The notes under the pieces are model-generated. The model did no database searches, had not been told where the DNA came from, and saw only the letters and a program-made list of their open reading frames with translations. The translations under genes and the position numbers were made by a program. Positions 16,712-18,244 of a stretch of 18,244 nucleotides of DNA are shown piece by piece. The stretch spans positions 1-18,244 of the forward strand of contig JBIIGV010000059.1 of assembly GCA_044236265.1 (NCBI GenBank), read 5' to 3'. How positions within the stretch are numbered: position 1 is the first letter of the stretch; every line of letters begins with the position of its first letter. Origin of the DNA: Oligoflexales bacterium. GTDB lineage: Bacteria; Bdellovibrionota_B; Oligoflexia; Oligoflexales; RGVZ01.

Positions 16712-18244
16712 TTATTTTCTAAACATTTTAAGCATGCGTTGGGTTACCAAAAATCCACCCGCGATATTGATCGTAGCAACCAATACAGCTAATGCCGCTA
16801 ACCAAGTGCTGACAGCATTCGTCGGACCAGACACCTGAAGCATCGCCCCGACAACAATAATCCCACTAATTGCATTCGTTACACTCATAAGGGGCGTATG
16901 TAAGGCCGGGGTTACATTCCAAATGAGCTGCCAGCCAATAAAACACGCCAAAATAAAGACCGTTAGATGATTGATGAACTCAGCTGGAGCCGACCGACCC
17001 AGCCACCACAAAAAGGCTCCACCAACAATCCAGTAAACGAGAACATAACGTCCATCCATTTGAGTTGGGGCAGAACCATGACCATGTCCTCCATGATTCT
17101 TCGCGGCAGGAGCCGCAGCTTTGGCCGGAGCTGCCGGCTTAGCGGGAGAAGGGCTTGCTGGCTTTTTCGGTGGAGGCCAAGTGACATCTCCTTGGTGAGT
17201 CACCATCGCGGGACGAATTGTTTCATCGTCCATATCAACCCTAAATCCAGTTTTTTCTTTTCCCGTGGTACACATGGCATCTAGAAGATTCACCATATTG
17301 TTACCCAAAAGCTGGCTCGCTTGAGAGGCCATTCGTCCTGCTAAGTCTGTAAATCCAACGATTGACACCCCATCAACATTAACAATCTCGCCAGCTTTTG
17401 TAAGAGCGCAGTTTCCACCCTGCTCTGCTGCAAGATCCACAACAACGCTACCACGACGCATCGAACGAACCATCTCTTCTGTAATTAAAATCGGAGCTCT
17501 AACGCCTGGAATAAGAGCGGTTGTGATGATGATATCGACTTCCTTGGCCTGCTTGGCAAAAAGCTCCATCTCAGCTTTGATAAACTCTGGGGACATGACC
17601 TTTGCATAGCCACCCTCACCAGATCCATCTTCCTGGAAATTCAATTCAAGAAACTCCGCACCCATGCTGGTAATCTGTTCCTTGACTTCAGGACGAGTAT
17701 CAAAAGCTCGCACGATAGCGCCAAGTCCACGCCCAGCGCCAATTGCTGCCAACCCTGCAACGCCAGCTCCAATCACAAGAATTTTTGCCGGAGGCATTTT
17801 ACCCGCGGCAGTAATCTGACCGGTGAACGGGCGACTGAAGGCAGCCGCTGCCTCGATCACAGCCCGGTAACCTGCGAGATTGGCCATGGAGCTGAGTACA
17901 TCCATCTTTTGGGCCTTTGTGGTGCGCGGAATCATATCAAGAGCCAAAGCCGAAATTTTGGCTCTCGCCAAATGTCCCAACAAGTCTTGGTTTTGAGCGG
18001 GCTGAATTAAGCTTGCAATGAAGGTCCCTGAGCGCAGCATCCCTATCTCCGACGGGGTCGGCGGCCGAACCTTCAACACTGCATCGGAAGCCCCAAATAA
18101 TTCAGAGACGTTGGCCGCTATCGACGCACCAGCCTTCGAATAATCAGCGTCTGAAAAGCCTGATGCAAGACCGGCCCCTGATTCAATACTCACGTCAAAG
18201 CCTAGCTTTTGGAAAGCGGCTATATTCGCAGGGGCAATGGCGAC
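16712..18244 (-). CDS. pntA: NAD(P) transhydrogenase subunit alpha (domain I fused to membrane part; 5' end off the window)
   Basis: Frame stays open to the edge ([25 protein letters not shown]); [44 protein letters not shown] and [10 protein letters not shown] motifs; 2 nt from pntB. Confidence 0.97.
   Translation of the reverse strand, partial: VAIAPANIAAFQKLGFDVSIESGAGLASGFSDADYSKAGASIAANVSELFGASDAVLKVRPPTPSEIGMLRSGTFIASLIQPAQNQDLLGHLARAKISALALDMIPRTTKAQKMDVLSSMANLAGYRAVIEAAAAFSRPFTGQITAAGKMPPAKILVIGAGVAGLAAIGAGRGLGAIVRAFDTRPEVKEQITSMGAEFLELNFQEDGSGEGGYAKVMSPEFIKAEMELFAKQAKEVDIIITTALIPGVRAPILITEEMVRSMRRGSVVVDLAAEQGGNCALTKAGEIVNVDGVSIVGFTDLAGRMASQASQLLGNNMVNLLDAMCTTGKEKTGFRVDMDDETIRPAMVTHQGDVTWPPPKKPASPSPAKPAAPAKAAAPAAKNHGGHGHGSAPTQMDGRYVLVYWIVGGAFLWWLGRSAPAEFINHLTVFILACFIGWQLIWNVTPALHTPLMSVTNAISGIIVVGAMLQVSGPTNAVSTWLAALAVLVATINIAGGFLVTQRMLKMFRK

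Noticed and set aside
18193..18244. N-terminally truncated or pseudogene pntA
   Set aside because: The frame stays open and PntA-like to the window edge; the true start lies outside the window.

Overview
Chromosomal window from a Gram-negative bacterium. The gene styles suggest Bdellovibrionota/Oligoflexia, but this is inference only. Housekeeping genes are metH (minus strand, running off the left edge and absent from the ORF track), clpS-clpA, and pntA-pntB (minus strand, pntA start off the right edge). Between them lie uncharacterised envelope genes: a Gly/Asn-repeat lipoprotein and a membrane-anchored Lys/His-rich protein, each behind a candidate sigma54 promoter with a similar upstream TGTCA-N7-(T/G)(G/A)ACA site; a secreted protein of three 2-Cys repeats plus an outer-membrane beta-barrel behind a sigma28-like promoter; an orphan MotA/MotB-type stator pair with Na+-type signatures but Val at the Glu rotor-contact position; an SH3b-like lipoprotein; and an M64 metallopeptidase followed by an unknown lipoprotein. 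The best candidate for an undescribed system is the 4923-8202 block (repeat protein + beta-barrel + divergent ion-driven motor). No mobile element, CRISPR array, rRNA or tRNA was seen.
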